Of a DNA stretch of 53,447 nt, positions 34,821 through 44,125 are shown piece after piece. Below the pieces are notes generated by a model. It made no database searches and was not told the origin of the DNA. It saw nothing but the letters and a program-made list of their open reading frames with translations. A program made the translations under genes and the position numbers. The DNA is from Clostridia bacterium (GTDB lineage Bacteria; Patescibacteriota; Microgenomatia; UM-FILTER-40-11), in assembly GCA_035529915.1 (NCBI GenBank), contig DATKVU010000171.1:1-53447 (forward strand). The letters run 5' to 3'. Each line of letters begins with the position of its first letter. The first letter of the stretch is position 1.

Positions 34821-35912
34821 ATGCTAAAGCTTCTTTTAAAAGACTTTAAAGATTTTTTGGCTGGCTGGTATCGCTTCCTTTTTGTTAGGTTCTATTTTTC
34901 TGTTAGACATTTTGAACAAACCAAAAGTTTGCTGGCAGAAAAACTTTATGAAGGGAGGGGAAAGTTGGTCCGGCCTTTTTTGCATTCGGGTATGGGCGGA
35001 CTAGTCATTTTGGGGATTATCTTAGCGCCGATAATTGCCAATTCTTTTCCTTCTTTTTCTGGTTCTTCTTTTGCCCAAACTCCAGCTTTATCGGCAGTTT
35101 TATCCTCCGCCACTGAAAGCGAACCAGACATTTCCACTTTTGAATCTCAAGTCCGAGCAGAAATTATTGATTATGAAGTTAAGTCCGGTGATACTCTTTC
35201 AGGGATTGCCCAAAAGTTTGGAGTTTCTATTGACACGATTCGCTGGGTAAACGACCTGGACTTAAAAGCGACCCTTAAGCCTGGCCAAATTATCGAAATT
35301 TCACCAGTGACCGGAGTAGTCCATCGGGTTAAAAAGGGTGATACGGTTTATTCTTTGGCCAAGTATTATAATACTGACGCTCAGGCGATTGTTGATTATC
35401 CTTTTAATACTTTTGTTAACGACGAAACCTTTGAGCTGGCGGTTGGCCAGGTCTTGATTATTCCTGATGGGGTAATGCCCAAAGCGCCTCAGACTGCGCC
35501 TCGACAATACATTGCCCAGCAAACACCCGATGCGGGAACAGTGGTTGCTTCAGGCAATTTTGTCTGGCCAACTTCAGGGAGAATTTCGCAAGGCTTTAGA
35601 TGGTATCATCGAGCGATTGATATTGCCAACAAAGCCGGGACTCCGGTTTTGGCCGCCGACGCTGGTCAGGTAATTGTCGCTGGCTGGCCGGATAATATTG
35701 GCTATGGAAATCGGGTGATTATTGATCATAACAATGGTTTTGTCACATTATATGCTCATCTTTTAAACTATACTGTTTCTGCAGGACAAAGGGTCAAAAG
35801 AGGAGACCTTATTGGTCACGTTGGTTCAAGCGGAAGAAGTACTGGCTCGCATTTGCATTTTGAAATTCGGGTTAATGGCCAAACTCAAGACCCCTTAAAC
35901 TACTTAAAATAG
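34821..35912 (+). CDS. LysM-domain M23 metallopeptidase
   Basis: Two LysM repeats (GDTLSGIAQKFGV, GDTVYSLAKYY). M23 motifs HRAIDI and GSHLHFE. TTG 34812 is an alternative start. Confidence 0.85.
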   Translation: MLKLLLKDFKDFLAGWYRFLFVRFYFSVRHFEQTKSLLAEKLYEGRGKLVRPFLHSGMGGLVILGIILAPIIANSFPSFSGSSFAQTPALSAVLSSATESEPDISTFESQVRAEIIDYEVKSGDTLSGIAQKFGVSIDTIRWVNDLDLKATLKPGQIIEISPVTGVVHRVKKGDTVYSLAKYYNTDAQAIVDYPFNTFVNDETFELAVGQVLIIPDGVMPKAPQTAPRQYIAQQTPDAGTVVASGNFVWPTSGRISQGFRWYHRAIDIANKAGTPVLAADAGQVIVAGWPDNIGYGNRVIIDHNNGFVTLYAHLLNYTVSAGQRVKRGDLIGHVGSSGRSTGSHLHFEIRVNGQTQDPLNYLK

Positions 35913-35981
35913 TTTTTGCTTCTTGACAGTGCTTTGCTTTTCTTTTTATTATGGAGAAAACCCTTTGGGGAAGGATTTTTA

Positions 35982-36617
35982 ATGAAAAGACTAAATTTTT
36001 TTCTCATTTTTCTGGCACTAGCCGGATATTTTGCAGGCGCCAAACAAGCCTGGGCCCAATCATTTTCTTTGTCACCCCAAGCCGCTACTAAAAGTGCTGG
36101 TTTAGAGTTTAATGTTGAGCTAAATATTGATACTGGAGGCGAGGAAGTTTCCGGGGCTGATGTCAAACTTACTTTTGAAGATGATATTTTAGAGATAGTC
36201 AAAGTAACTGAAGGTAGTTTTTTCCCTGAGGTTTCTCATAATATTTATGCCGGCACTTTATATATTGGCGCTTCTTTTTTAACTCTGGGGGACAGTGCTA
36301 GCGGGAGCGGTAAACTGGCGACTTTGACCTTGAAAGGGAAGAGTGCTGGAATTTCGGATTTGGCTTTTGTTTGCAGCTCCCAAACTACCGATACCAACAT
36401 TCTGGATACTTCAGCCACTGCCAAAGATATTGTTGATTGTACTGCTATTGAAGATGGCAGCTATACGATTGTTGGCGGTTTGGGCGGCGATTCTGGAGCA
36501 ACCGCCAGTGGAACCCCCACACCAGTACCGCCGGTCTCTGGTGTTGCTTGGCCGACTTTTCTTTCATTTGGCTTGGGAATATTGTTAATGGTTTTAGGTT
36601 TAGTAGTCATTTTCTGA
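35982..36617 (+). CDS. Secreted cohesin-domain-like protein with a C-terminal TM anchor
   Basis: I chose ATG 35982 (MKRLNFF..., a signal peptide ending AWA-Q, after GGGGAAGGA). The beta-rich pattern LEFNVELNIDTGGEEVSGADVKLTFEDDILEIV is cohesin-like. Confidence 0.55.
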   Translation: MKRLNFFLIFLALAGYFAGAKQAWAQSFSLSPQAATKSAGLEFNVELNIDTGGEEVSGADVKLTFEDDILEIVKVTEGSFFPEVSHNIYAGTLYIGASFLTLGDSASGSGKLATLTLKGKSAGISDLAFVCSSQTTDTNILDTSATAKDIVDCTAIEDGSYTIVGGLGGDSGATASGTPTPVPPVSGVAWPTFLSFGLGILLMVLGLVVIF

Positions 36618-36619
36618 GT

Positions 36620-37408
36620 ATGAATCAGCCAACAGGCAATCAACCTCCCAGCCCACCAGCTCAAAACCCACCCCTATCACCGACTCCAGGTTTTGTTGGC
36701 GGCGGATTTAAGGCAGCGGGGTTTAAGCCTTCTTCGCCCGATTCTCCAGTATCACCACCAGCTGCAGAAACTAAAGCCCCTCCTCAGTCTTCAGACCAGG
36801 CTTCAGCTCCTTCAGTAGCGGTAGTCGCTTCAAAAGGAAATGGCAAAGGTCCGGGAGCGAAAACTATTGCTTTGGTAATTTTTTTGGTTTTGCTTTTGGC
36901 TGGTTTAGTAGCTGGCTTTGGCAAAATCAGGAGTTTTATCTCCAGTGCCCAAGGCAGTTGTGAACCTGAGGCAGTCAGTGAGAGTAATTTAACCGCTAAT
37001 TCAGTAGAGATTGTTTTTCGCACTGGCAAAGCTTGCAAAACAGAAGTGGCTTATGGGACCAGTAAACAAGCCCTACTCTTAAAAGTGCCTGAAGCAATGG
37101 CCTCATTAAATCACCGGATTAGGTTAACGCCGCTTTTGGCTTCGACTACTTATTACTACCAAATTGAAAGTGAGGACAAGAAATTGGGAGAGGTGCGCAG
37201 CTTTTTAACCAAGCCGCCAGCCGCTACTCCAGTACCGACCGCGGCTCCGACGGCAATTCCGACCCAAAGCACTGCCAGTCCTTCGGCCGGTCTTTATACG
37301 CTTGAGGATTTCCAAGCTCAATTTGGCAGCGATAGTGCTGAGTTTGATGTTGACAAAAATGGAGTTGTTAACATGAGAGATTGGTTAATGTATCAGAAAG
37401 AGGACTAA
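36620..37408 (+). CDS. Surface protein: Pro-rich N-terminus, TM segment, FN3-like domain and a C-terminal dockerin/EF-hand-like loop
   Basis: I chose ATG 36620, 3 nt after the upstream stop. NSVEIVFRT...YYYQIES is FN3-like. DVDKNGVVNMRD lies at 37346-37381. Confidence 0.55.
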   Translation: MNQPTGNQPPSPPAQNPPLSPTPGFVGGGFKAAGFKPSSPDSPVSPPAAETKAPPQSSDQASAPSVAVVASKGNGKGPGAKTIALVIFLVLLLAGLVAGFGKIRSFISSAQGSCEPEAVSESNLTANSVEIVFRTGKACKTEVAYGTSKQALLLKVPEAMASLNHRIRLTPLLASTTYYYQIESEDKKLGEVRSFLTKPPAATPVPTAAPTAIPTQSTASPSAGLYTLEDFQAQFGSDSAEFDVDKNGVVNMRDWLMYQKED

Positions 37409-37452
37409 GTGCTTCTTGACTCTTTGCTAAAAATCTCTCTATTATAGAAGAA

Positions 37453-38697
37453 ATGGATAATCCTGCCAATCCTAATCCGCCGTTAGACCAAAAACCGGGT
37501 GAGGTAAAAATTGAGCTGCCGACTGATGAGCCAAGTTCCTTACCAATTCCTCCTTCACCTGGTTTGCTAGCAAAACCAGAGCCCGAGATACCAAAACCAT
37601 TCTCTCCTCAACCTCTACCTGAGCCGCCAAAGCCGCCCGAACCGCCTGTTAGTCCTGGGCCAACTCCGGCTCCTCAACCGCCAGGGCCGAGTTCAGACAA
37701 AATTATTAGTGCTGCTCCGCCGAAAAGCAGCTCAGTAAAATCAGTTTTAATTGCCTTGGTTCTTCTTCTTACGGCTGCTTCGGTTGGTCTTGGCTACTAC
37801 TATTTTCAAAAAGGGGGGTTTGATATTCGTAAAAGAGCCGAGGGTTGTGGTGGTTGTGCTAAATACTGTGGCAGGATTGGTGACCACTGTGGAAGTAAAA
37901 ACGATTGCGTTTGTTTTAGAGACGAGCAAAGTTGCGATTATTGTGACTGGTCTTGTTGTTTTACTCAGGAGCCACAACCAACGTCTCCGCCTGCTGGTCA
38001 ATGTGCTGGCAAGACTGGCTCTTCTGTTTGCGAAGGTGTAGGGGATGGGGATGGCTCAACTTCTGTTTTAAACTGCTCAGGTTCAACCCAGACTTATACT
38101 TGTCAAAGCAACCATACCAGGTTTGATAATGAGTCGTCATGCAAGAGTGCCAGTAAGACAGACAAATGGACTGGTTATTCTACCTTGGTCGTTGAAGATG
38201 GGAAGAGAGGGACTTGTTCTGTAGGAGCAGGGGGGAATTGTGATATTGGCCAGGCGGATATTTTGCCGGGCGGGACTTTGTCTCAGGTTTGTTGGGATAC
38301 TAAGAAAGACTGTTCAAATTGTGGTGGTCCTACTAATACGCCCACACCCACACCTTTCACTGTTACTTTAATTACCAGTCCGTCACCGACTCCGACACAG
38401 CCAGTCACTACTTGTGAATGCACTCAGATTGAAATTAGTGGTGCTAGTGGCACTGATGAAGAGGGCCAGCCGGTCTGGCAAGTTGGCGATCAAATACAAA
38501 TTACTGTTCACTTTAGCGGAGGTCCAGAAGATGTTGGTGTGAGGATTCTGAAAAATGGCGTTAAGCTAGCTGATCAGCTTCAGAGTGTGGTTGGTGGAAC
38601 CATAGGAGCATCTTCCTGGTCTACCAGTTTCACCATTACTGAAGCGGGGAGTTATGAGATTATGGCCTTTGTTAAAAAAGGCGGTCAATGGAAATAG
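37453..38697 (+). CDS. Pro-rich, Cys-rich surface protein with a TM anchor and a C-terminal Ig-like domain
   Basis: PxP repeats, one TM segment, more than 20 Cys and a PTPTP linker. Confidence 0.6.
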   Translation: MDNPANPNPPLDQKPGEVKIELPTDEPSSLPIPPSPGLLAKPEPEIPKPFSPQPLPEPPKPPEPPVSPGPTPAPQPPGPSSDKIISAAPPKSSSVKSVLIALVLLLTAASVGLGYYYFQKGGFDIRKRAEGCGGCAKYCGRIGDHCGSKNDCVCFRDEQSCDYCDWSCCFTQEPQPTSPPAGQCAGKTGSSVCEGVGDGDGSTSVLNCSGSTQTYTCQSNHTRFDNESSCKSASKTDKWTGYSTLVVEDGKRGTCSVGAGGNCDIGQADILPGGTLSQVCWDTKKDCSNCGGPTNTPTPTPFTVTLITSPSPTPTQPVTTCECTQIEISGASGTDEEGQPVWQVGDQIQITVHFSGGPEDVGVRILKNGVKLADQLQSVVGGTIGASSWSTSFTITEAGSYEIMAFVKKGGQWK

Positions 38698-38698
38698 T

Positions 38699-39418
38699 AT
38701 GAAGAAGAATTTAGTTTTAATCGGCATAATTGTTGCCACTATTGTTTTGGCGATTGTCTCGGTTCTGACGGCAATTAGAATTAGAGAAATGGGAACGCGG
38801 CCAGTAGCGCCTTCAGTGCCGGAGTCAAAACCAAAAGCAGTTGGAGAGATTCCTGAGGATATTACTCCTGCTCCTGTTTGCCAAACGAGTTTCAGTATTG
38901 AGGTTGAATCAAGCCCGACACCAACTACTACCACTACCACCACTCCTGGTCCCAGCTCGACCCCAACCCCTGGGCCAAGCAGCACGCCCATGCCAGGGCC
39001 GTATTGTGATTATCTTCATGCTGATAAAGCTGGAGGCGCTGCTCCTTTAACAGTTAAATTTGAAGGCAAGGGCTATGATCCCACCCGGGTTAAAGGTTTT
39101 CGCTTTACTTTTGGTGATGATGAGGAAAAAGAGTTTTTTGGCTCCTTTAGCAGTAGCCAAGCTCAGGAGGTTTCTCATACTTACAGTTCTGCGGGAACTT
39201 ATAAAGCAGTCTTGGAAATTATGGATGATGGCGATCACTGGCATACCAGACCAGAGTGTGAAGCGACAGTAGTAGTTACTGGGGTAGGAGCTTCTGTGAC
39301 TGAAGGCCCCAGCCCAACAGAAGTTACTTTGCCCGAAGCTGGTATTAAAATCCCGACTTTGGGAGGAATTATCATTGGCTTTTTGCTTATCTCCTTGGGA
39401 GTAGCCTTAGTCTTCTAA
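38699..39418 (+). CDS. PKD-domain surface protein with an LPEAG-type C-terminal sorting signal
   Basis: I chose ATG 38699, 1 nt after the upstream stop. APLTVKFEG...HTYSSAGTYKAVLEI is PKD-like. LPEAG (39329-39343) is followed by a TM segment. Confidence 0.65.
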   Translation: MKKNLVLIGIIVATIVLAIVSVLTAIRIREMGTRPVAPSVPESKPKAVGEIPEDITPAPVCQTSFSIEVESSPTPTTTTTTTPGPSSTPTPGPSSTPMPGPYCDYLHADKAGGAAPLTVKFEGKGYDPTRVKGFRFTFGDDEEKEFFGSFSSSQAQEVSHTYSSAGTYKAVLEIMDDGDHWHTRPECEATVVVTGVGASVTEGPSPTEVTLPEAGIKIPTLGGIIIGFLLISLGVALVF

Positions 39419-39473
39419 AACAGTAATTTTAGCGCCAATTTCAGCCAGTTTTTGTTATAATAGTAGGGTATTA

Positions 39474-39544
39474 GGGCTCATAGGTAAACGGTATACCGCA
39501 CCCCTCGCACGGGTGAATTTCGGGTTCAATTCCCGGTGAGTCCA
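39474..39544 (+). tRNA. tRNA-Ala (CGC anticodon)
   Basis: Acceptor GGGCTCA/TGAGTCC with G3:U70. Anticodon loop is CTCGCAC and the T-loop is TTCAATT. Confidence 0.85.
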
Positions 39545-39653
39545 CCGCTATTTTGAATTTGCGCCCGAATTTGGATAATAACAGTTTGGATATTATTGAT
39601 GGGGAAAAGAGACAAAGCTTTATTAATATTACTAAAAAATTATTTGAGCAATT

Positions 39654-39908
39654 ATGGCTTTAGATAAAAACAGTCTTAGGGCAGATGCAGTCGCAAACTT
39701 TTATCGCGCGGCCCTATATCTGGCCAAAGGTAATTTGGAAGTAGGACTTGATTTTTTAAAAAAAGCTGAAGTGTTTTTCCCTGATGAGACAACCGGTTTT
39801 GAGGAAATTATCAAAAATCCGGAGGTTTTAAAAGGAGAAAAAGAGCGTTTGTTTTGGGCAGAAAAAATCCTGGATCAGTACCAAAAATACCGCTTACTCC
39901 TTAGCTAA
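39654..39908 (+). CDS. Small hypothetical protein
   Basis: 84-aa ORF with no recognisable motif. Confidence 0.4.
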   Translation: MALDKNSLRADAVANFYRAALYLAKGNLEVGLDFLKKAEVFFPDETTGFEEIIKNPEVLKGEKERLFWAEKILDQYQKYRLLLS

Positions 39909-39969
39909 TGTAAAGACAAAGATGCACTGTCAGTATCTCGGGTTCATTAGGGTGTCTTTGGAGATAGAT

Positions 39970-40257
39970 TTACTTAAAATCAATAACCAATTTTTTATTA
40001 AGAGTTGAGGCAATTTTTTTAAGAAGCGAGAGGGAGGGGTTAGCTTCCATTGTCTCGATTCGGGAAATAACTGCTTGAGTAGTCTTAGCCCTTTTGGCTA
40101 GCTCTCTTTGAGACATTTTTTTAGCCAGTCTTTTTTCAATCAATTTTTTAGCCAATTGGTATTCAACTTCAGTCTCTTCCCAGGCTTTTCTGAACTCAGG
40201 ATTCTTGAGCCTCTTTTTTAAATCCTCTTCAAAGGTATAGTAGAATTTGTTTCTCAT
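39970..40257 (-). CDS. XRE-family HTH antitoxin (HigA-like)
   Basis: HTH motif MSQRELAKRAKTTQAVISRIE. Start is ATG 40257; TTG 40293, which overlaps the toxin stop, is an alternative. Confidence 0.7.
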   Translation of the reverse strand: MRNKFYYTFEEDLKKRLKNPEFRKAWEETEVEYQLAKKLIEKRLAKKMSQRELAKRAKTTQAVISRIETMEANPSLSLLKKIASTLNKKLVIDFK

Positions 40258-40282
40258 ATCGACTATGATATCTCTAAAGATA

Positions 40283-40621
40283 TCATTTGTCAAGAGTCTG
40301 GTAATAACGGCCTAAAGCAGTTTCAATCTCTTTTTTGGGAGTTTTTCGAGTTTTTTTGATAAATCCATGAAGAAGTAAAACAGTATCTAGATAAGGGACT
40401 ACATAGATAATCCTTAAGTTGTCTTTACCTAAAATCCTGATTTCCCATAGAGGAGTTCCGGTCAGCTTCCTAACATGAGGTAGTATTGACTGCAAGCCAG
40501 ACTCTTTAATAGTCTCGAAAATCCTTAAGATTTTAGCCTGTTGTTTGCCTGAAAGAGAATTTAAGAATTTGTCAATTGGGTTTTGACCCGAAGGAGTAGT
40601 GTAATAAAAAATTTGGGTCAT
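40283..40621 (-). CDS. RelE/HigB-superfamily toxin (Gp49/DUF891-like)
   Basis: 112 aa, with WEIRI...RIIYV motifs. It lies upstream of the HTH partner, in the toxin-first HigBA order. Confidence 0.65.
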   Translation of the reverse strand: MTQIFYYTTPSGQNPIDKFLNSLSGKQQAKILRIFETIKESGLQSILPHVRKLTGTPLWEIRILGKDNLRIIYVVPYLDTVLLLHGFIKKTRKTPKKEIETALGRYYQTLDK

Positions 40622-40845
40622 GGCTCTATTGTAGCAAAATTTAAGCGTTTAACCCAAGTTTTGCTTGACATTGTTTTTAATCTTATGATACTAATTAAAG
40701 TGTAAGAAAAAATATTATTTAAATGGGGAAAGGGGTGCTCACCTAATAGCTTGACTTATAGTAGTCGCTATAGTTATAATATTTCGCTGTGACTAATATT
40801 AATTTAAATATTAATCTTTATCCTCTTTTTTGAGGAAGCTTTTAA

Positions 40846-40868
40846 ACCCGCCTTTAGCGGGTTTTTTT
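40846..40868 (+). terminator. Terminator hairpin directly upstream of gene 40883
   Basis: ACCCGC-CUUUA-GCGGGU followed by seven U. Confidence 0.55.
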
Positions 40869-40882
40869 GTAAAAAGGAAAAA

Positions 40883-42649
40883 ATGATGCCAGAAGCAGAT
40901 AAAAAAGGGAATCTTGGAAAAATTGAAAAAGGAGTGAGAGCCTTGAGCATAGCCGCCGTTTTAACAGCAGCTCAATGTAAATCTCGGCCGCCTACTGCCG
41001 TTTCCCCAGAGAAGGGCCAATCCGACGGAATCACTTTAGTTTCCAGCGAAGAGACAATCCCTTCTGGCGCCGGGGAACCTAGTACTGTGCCGCCCCAAGC
41101 AACCGAAACTCCTCATTTTACCCCAATAAAGATTGTTGACTTAGGGCTAGCCAGAGGAAATGGTTTGGCGGAATTGGAACAGACAGGAGAAGCTGTTACT
41201 CCTGGAGCAGAAAAATATATTAAGGCTTGGAATGAGGGGAAGACCTACAGCGTCAATGGAGAGAGAATTGCGATAACCGAAGGGAGAGCAAACTTGATGG
41301 GCTGCCTTAATAACCGGACAGGTGAAGTTTGGCCAGTAATTATTGTTTACAATGAGGAGGAGGAGATTGAACATTACTTTTTGCCAACAGAAATAAAAAC
41401 TGGTGAAGAGGAAGAAATGTTCTTGGTCAAGGTTTTTGCCAAGGAAGGTGAAAGAATTGAGCCTTATCCTGACTATGGTGTAGTTGTTAAAGAACCAGCA
41501 GGAGATCAAACCAATCAGTGGTTTGATTCATGGCTTTACCCCAAGGGAAAAGTTGAAGTTCTTTCTGAAGAACCGCTTCAGTTTTCGCCTCCGGAAAAAT
41601 TTAGACCCACTCTTCAGATTTTAGCAAAAGAGAAAACAGCTGAGCTTTGGCAAGTGCCAGTTTGGGTCAATAAAGGAGGTAAGTTTGTTCCTGAAGTTTG
41701 GGATGCTTCCCAAAATCCGGCGGCTGTGCCTGAAGATTTTGTGATTTCGGCAATGGGGATTAGGGAGATAAAAGAATGGGTAAGAGGAAGCTATCTTGAT
41801 CCCCAGACTGGTCAGGCCGTAGAAGTTTACTTTAAATGGAACGACGCAAACTGCCTTTTACGAGGCGATGGAAGAGAAATTAAGATTCTAGAAGGGCTTC
41901 CGGCTGGGTTGTTAAACGAAGTGGTGGAGAGACCAGCTTGGGTGGTGGAGGTTTCTAATACGGAAGTAAGATACAATCAGGAAAAAGATGTTTGGGAGTA
42001 TTACAGTACTGCCGAAGGAGAAAAAGGGGATTATATTGTCAGTGTCAAACCGAACGAAGAAGGAGGGTGTTACTTTCACAATTTTGCCGAAGAGGCAGAT
42101 GTTGTTCTTCACCCAGAGGTGTTGTCTGATGCTACTTTCAACGAAATTATTGAAGCAATGAAAAAAACTGGAGCAGTTAAGTATATTCCTTGCTCAAGAG
42201 AGGGGATAAGGAAATTAAGGGTGCAAACCTATCCCAAATTTAATAATGATCCTTTAGGCTTGATAATCTATCCTAATAGTTATCCTCTAGAGGTTTATTA
42301 CCCTTACCTTAAAGGGGGTCAAGCTAATCCCGGATACCCGCTTATGGCTATTATCTTGGCTGATGTTAATCAGGGTAAGCCGGGATGGGAGACGCGTTGG
42401 GTGCAGGTGTATACCCTTGACAACTCTGAGAAGGCGAGGGTAATGACACCCGACGAGAGTAAAGTTGGTAGTGGAGTTTTGGCAAAAGCAGGAACTTTGA
42501 TTATGAAAGTCCAGTCAGGACTTGTTAAGATTTTGGGTCGACAAGAAAAAGAATACGATGACCCTGACAACAGAATGCTTCTTGATTCTTTTGCAAGAAA
42601 TAAGAATGGAAAGTTGATGGTTCCCAAGACCCAAACTCCTTCTAAATGA
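40883..42649 (+). CDS. Exported hypothetical protein (588 aa); its C-terminal ~250 aa are paralogous to the next gene
   Basis: Has an N-terminal signal-like segment. The C-terminal domain is about 80% identical to 42646..43590. Confidence 0.6.
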   Translation: MMPEADKKGNLGKIEKGVRALSIAAVLTAAQCKSRPPTAVSPEKGQSDGITLVSSEETIPSGAGEPSTVPPQATETPHFTPIKIVDLGLARGNGLAELEQTGEAVTPGAEKYIKAWNEGKTYSVNGERIAITEGRANLMGCLNNRTGEVWPVIIVYNEEEEIEHYFLPTEIKTGEEEEMFLVKVFAKEGERIEPYPDYGVVVKEPAGDQTNQWFDSWLYPKGKVEVLSEEPLQFSPPEKFRPTLQILAKEKTAELWQVPVWVNKGGKFVPEVWDASQNPAAVPEDFVISAMGIREIKEWVRGSYLDPQTGQAVEVYFKWNDANCLLRGDGREIKILEGLPAGLLNEVVERPAWVVEVSNTEVRYNQEKDVWEYYSTAEGEKGDYIVSVKPNEEGGCYFHNFAEEADVVLHPEVLSDATFNEIIEAMKKTGAVKYIPCSREGIRKLRVQTYPKFNNDPLGLIIYPNSYPLEVYYPYLKGGQANPGYPLMAIILADVNQGKPGWETRWVQVYTLDNSEKARVMTPDESKVGSGVLAKAGTLIMKVQSGLVKILGRQEKEYDDPDNRMLLDSFARNKNGKLMVPKTQTPSK

Positions 42650-43590
42650 TGCCTGAAAAACTTTCTAGAAGAGATTTTCTGAGATTAGCAGGATTAGGAA
42701 TAATTTCGACGGTCTTGGGAGCTTGTAAGAAAGACGTTTCCACCTCTGAAGCAAAAATTACCTTCTCTTCTGCTCCTCCAACCGCTACTCCCGAATCGTC
42801 AGGGACTATGACCCCAATTTCATCGGCGACAACAACAGAGGCTCCAACTGTCACCCCAACAATTGAGAGATTTTCTTGGGTAGTGGAGGTTTCCAATACG
42901 GAAGCAAGGTTTAATCAGGATTTTGATAACGGTGAGGGCAATCCCAAGGGAAGATGGGAGTATTACAGCACGGCAGAAGGAGAAAAAGACAACTACATCG
43001 TTAGTGTCAAGCAAAATGAAGAAGGAGAGTGTTACTTTCACAACTTTGCCGAAGAGGTAGATGTTGTTCTTCATCCCGAGTTACTCTCTGATGCAACGTT
43101 TAATGAAATCATCGAAGTGATGAAAAAAACAGGAGCAGTAAAGTATATACCTTGTTCAGGGGAGGGGATAAGGAAGTTGAAAGTTCAAATGTATGGTACT
43201 GAGCCAGGAGCCTTGATTATTTATCCCAAACTTTATCCGTTGAGAGTATACTATTCTCACTTTAAAGGTGGCCAGGCTAACCCTGGGTACCCTCTTATGG
43301 CGATTATTTTAGCTGATGTTAATCAAGGGAAAGAAGGATGGGAAACACGCTGGGTTCAAGTATATGCCCTGGACGATTCGGGAAAAGCGAGAGTAATGTC
43401 CCCTAGTGAAAGTTTGGTTGAAAGCGGAGTTTTGGCTGGAGTAGGAACCCCGATTATGGAGATTCAGAGGGGGTTGGTTAAGATTTTGGGTCGCCAAGAA
43501 TATAATGATGCCGATAACAGGATGTTTCTTGATTCTTTTGCCAGAGATCCTCATGGACGATTGATGGTTCCTTTGGTTTCTTCGAAGTAA
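42646..43590 (+). CDS. Tat-signal lipoprotein-like hypothetical protein (314 aa), paralog of 40883..42649
   Basis: SRRDFLRLAGLG twin-arginine motif followed by an LGAC lipobox. The start forms an ATGA overlap. Confidence 0.6.
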   Translation: MMPEKLSRRDFLRLAGLGIISTVLGACKKDVSTSEAKITFSSAPPTATPESSGTMTPISSATTTEAPTVTPTIERFSWVVEVSNTEARFNQDFDNGEGNPKGRWEYYSTAEGEKDNYIVSVKQNEEGECYFHNFAEEVDVVLHPELLSDATFNEIIEVMKKTGAVKYIPCSGEGIRKLKVQMYGTEPGALIIYPKLYPLRVYYSHFKGGQANPGYPLMAIILADVNQGKEGWETRWVQVYALDDSGKARVMSPSESLVESGVLAGVGTPIMEIQRGLVKILGRQEYNDADNRMFLDSFARDPHGRLMVPLVSSK

Positions 43591-43642
43591 CGCCAAACTT
43601 TTAGTTGACAAATCTTCCTGAATTTTTGCTATATTAGTATTA

Positions 43643-44125
43643 ATGATACCTGCTCAAGGCTTGTTTGCTAAAAAAACCTATTTACTGCTCTTATTGCTTC
43701 TTTTTTTAATTCTTTTTTTGTTACTTTTCAATTATGTTTATTGGCCTTGGATGAGCAGATGCCTTTTCACTAATTCTTTAGTTTGCCTGAAAGGGCAGAA
43801 ATATAAAAAATACAACTGGACAGGTAAAGGATTCAAACTTAGTGAGCCGCGAAAGGTTAAAGCGCCCTTTTCTGGTACTTTCGTCTATTCTCCATCCGGA
43901 ACTATGAATTATGAAGGTGAGCTAGCGGGGGTAACCGGAGTAATTGTTTTTACGGACACGGACCTTGGAATGATTAAGCTTTATGTCGGAGAAGTAAACC
44001 TATTAAAAGGAGAAGTTGCTGTTCAACAGAGCGTAGTGAAAGGAGAGGTAATGGCAGAAGTTTTGCCTCAAGGGATAGAATTTCTTGATAATTATAGTGC
44101 GGTTGAAATTGATTTGCGAAGATGA
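43643..44125 (+). CDS. Membrane-anchored hypothetical protein
   Basis: N-terminal Leu-rich TM segment and a beta-rich C-terminus. It overlaps the next gene by 4 nt. Confidence 0.5.
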   Translation: MIPAQGLFAKKTYLLLLLLLFLILFLLLFNYVYWPWMSRCLFTNSLVCLKGQKYKKYNWTGKGFKLSEPRKVKAPFSGTFVYSPSGTMNYEGELAGVTGVIVFTDTDLGMIKLYVGEVNLLKGEVAVQQSVVKGEVMAEVLPQGIEFLDNYSAVEIDLRR

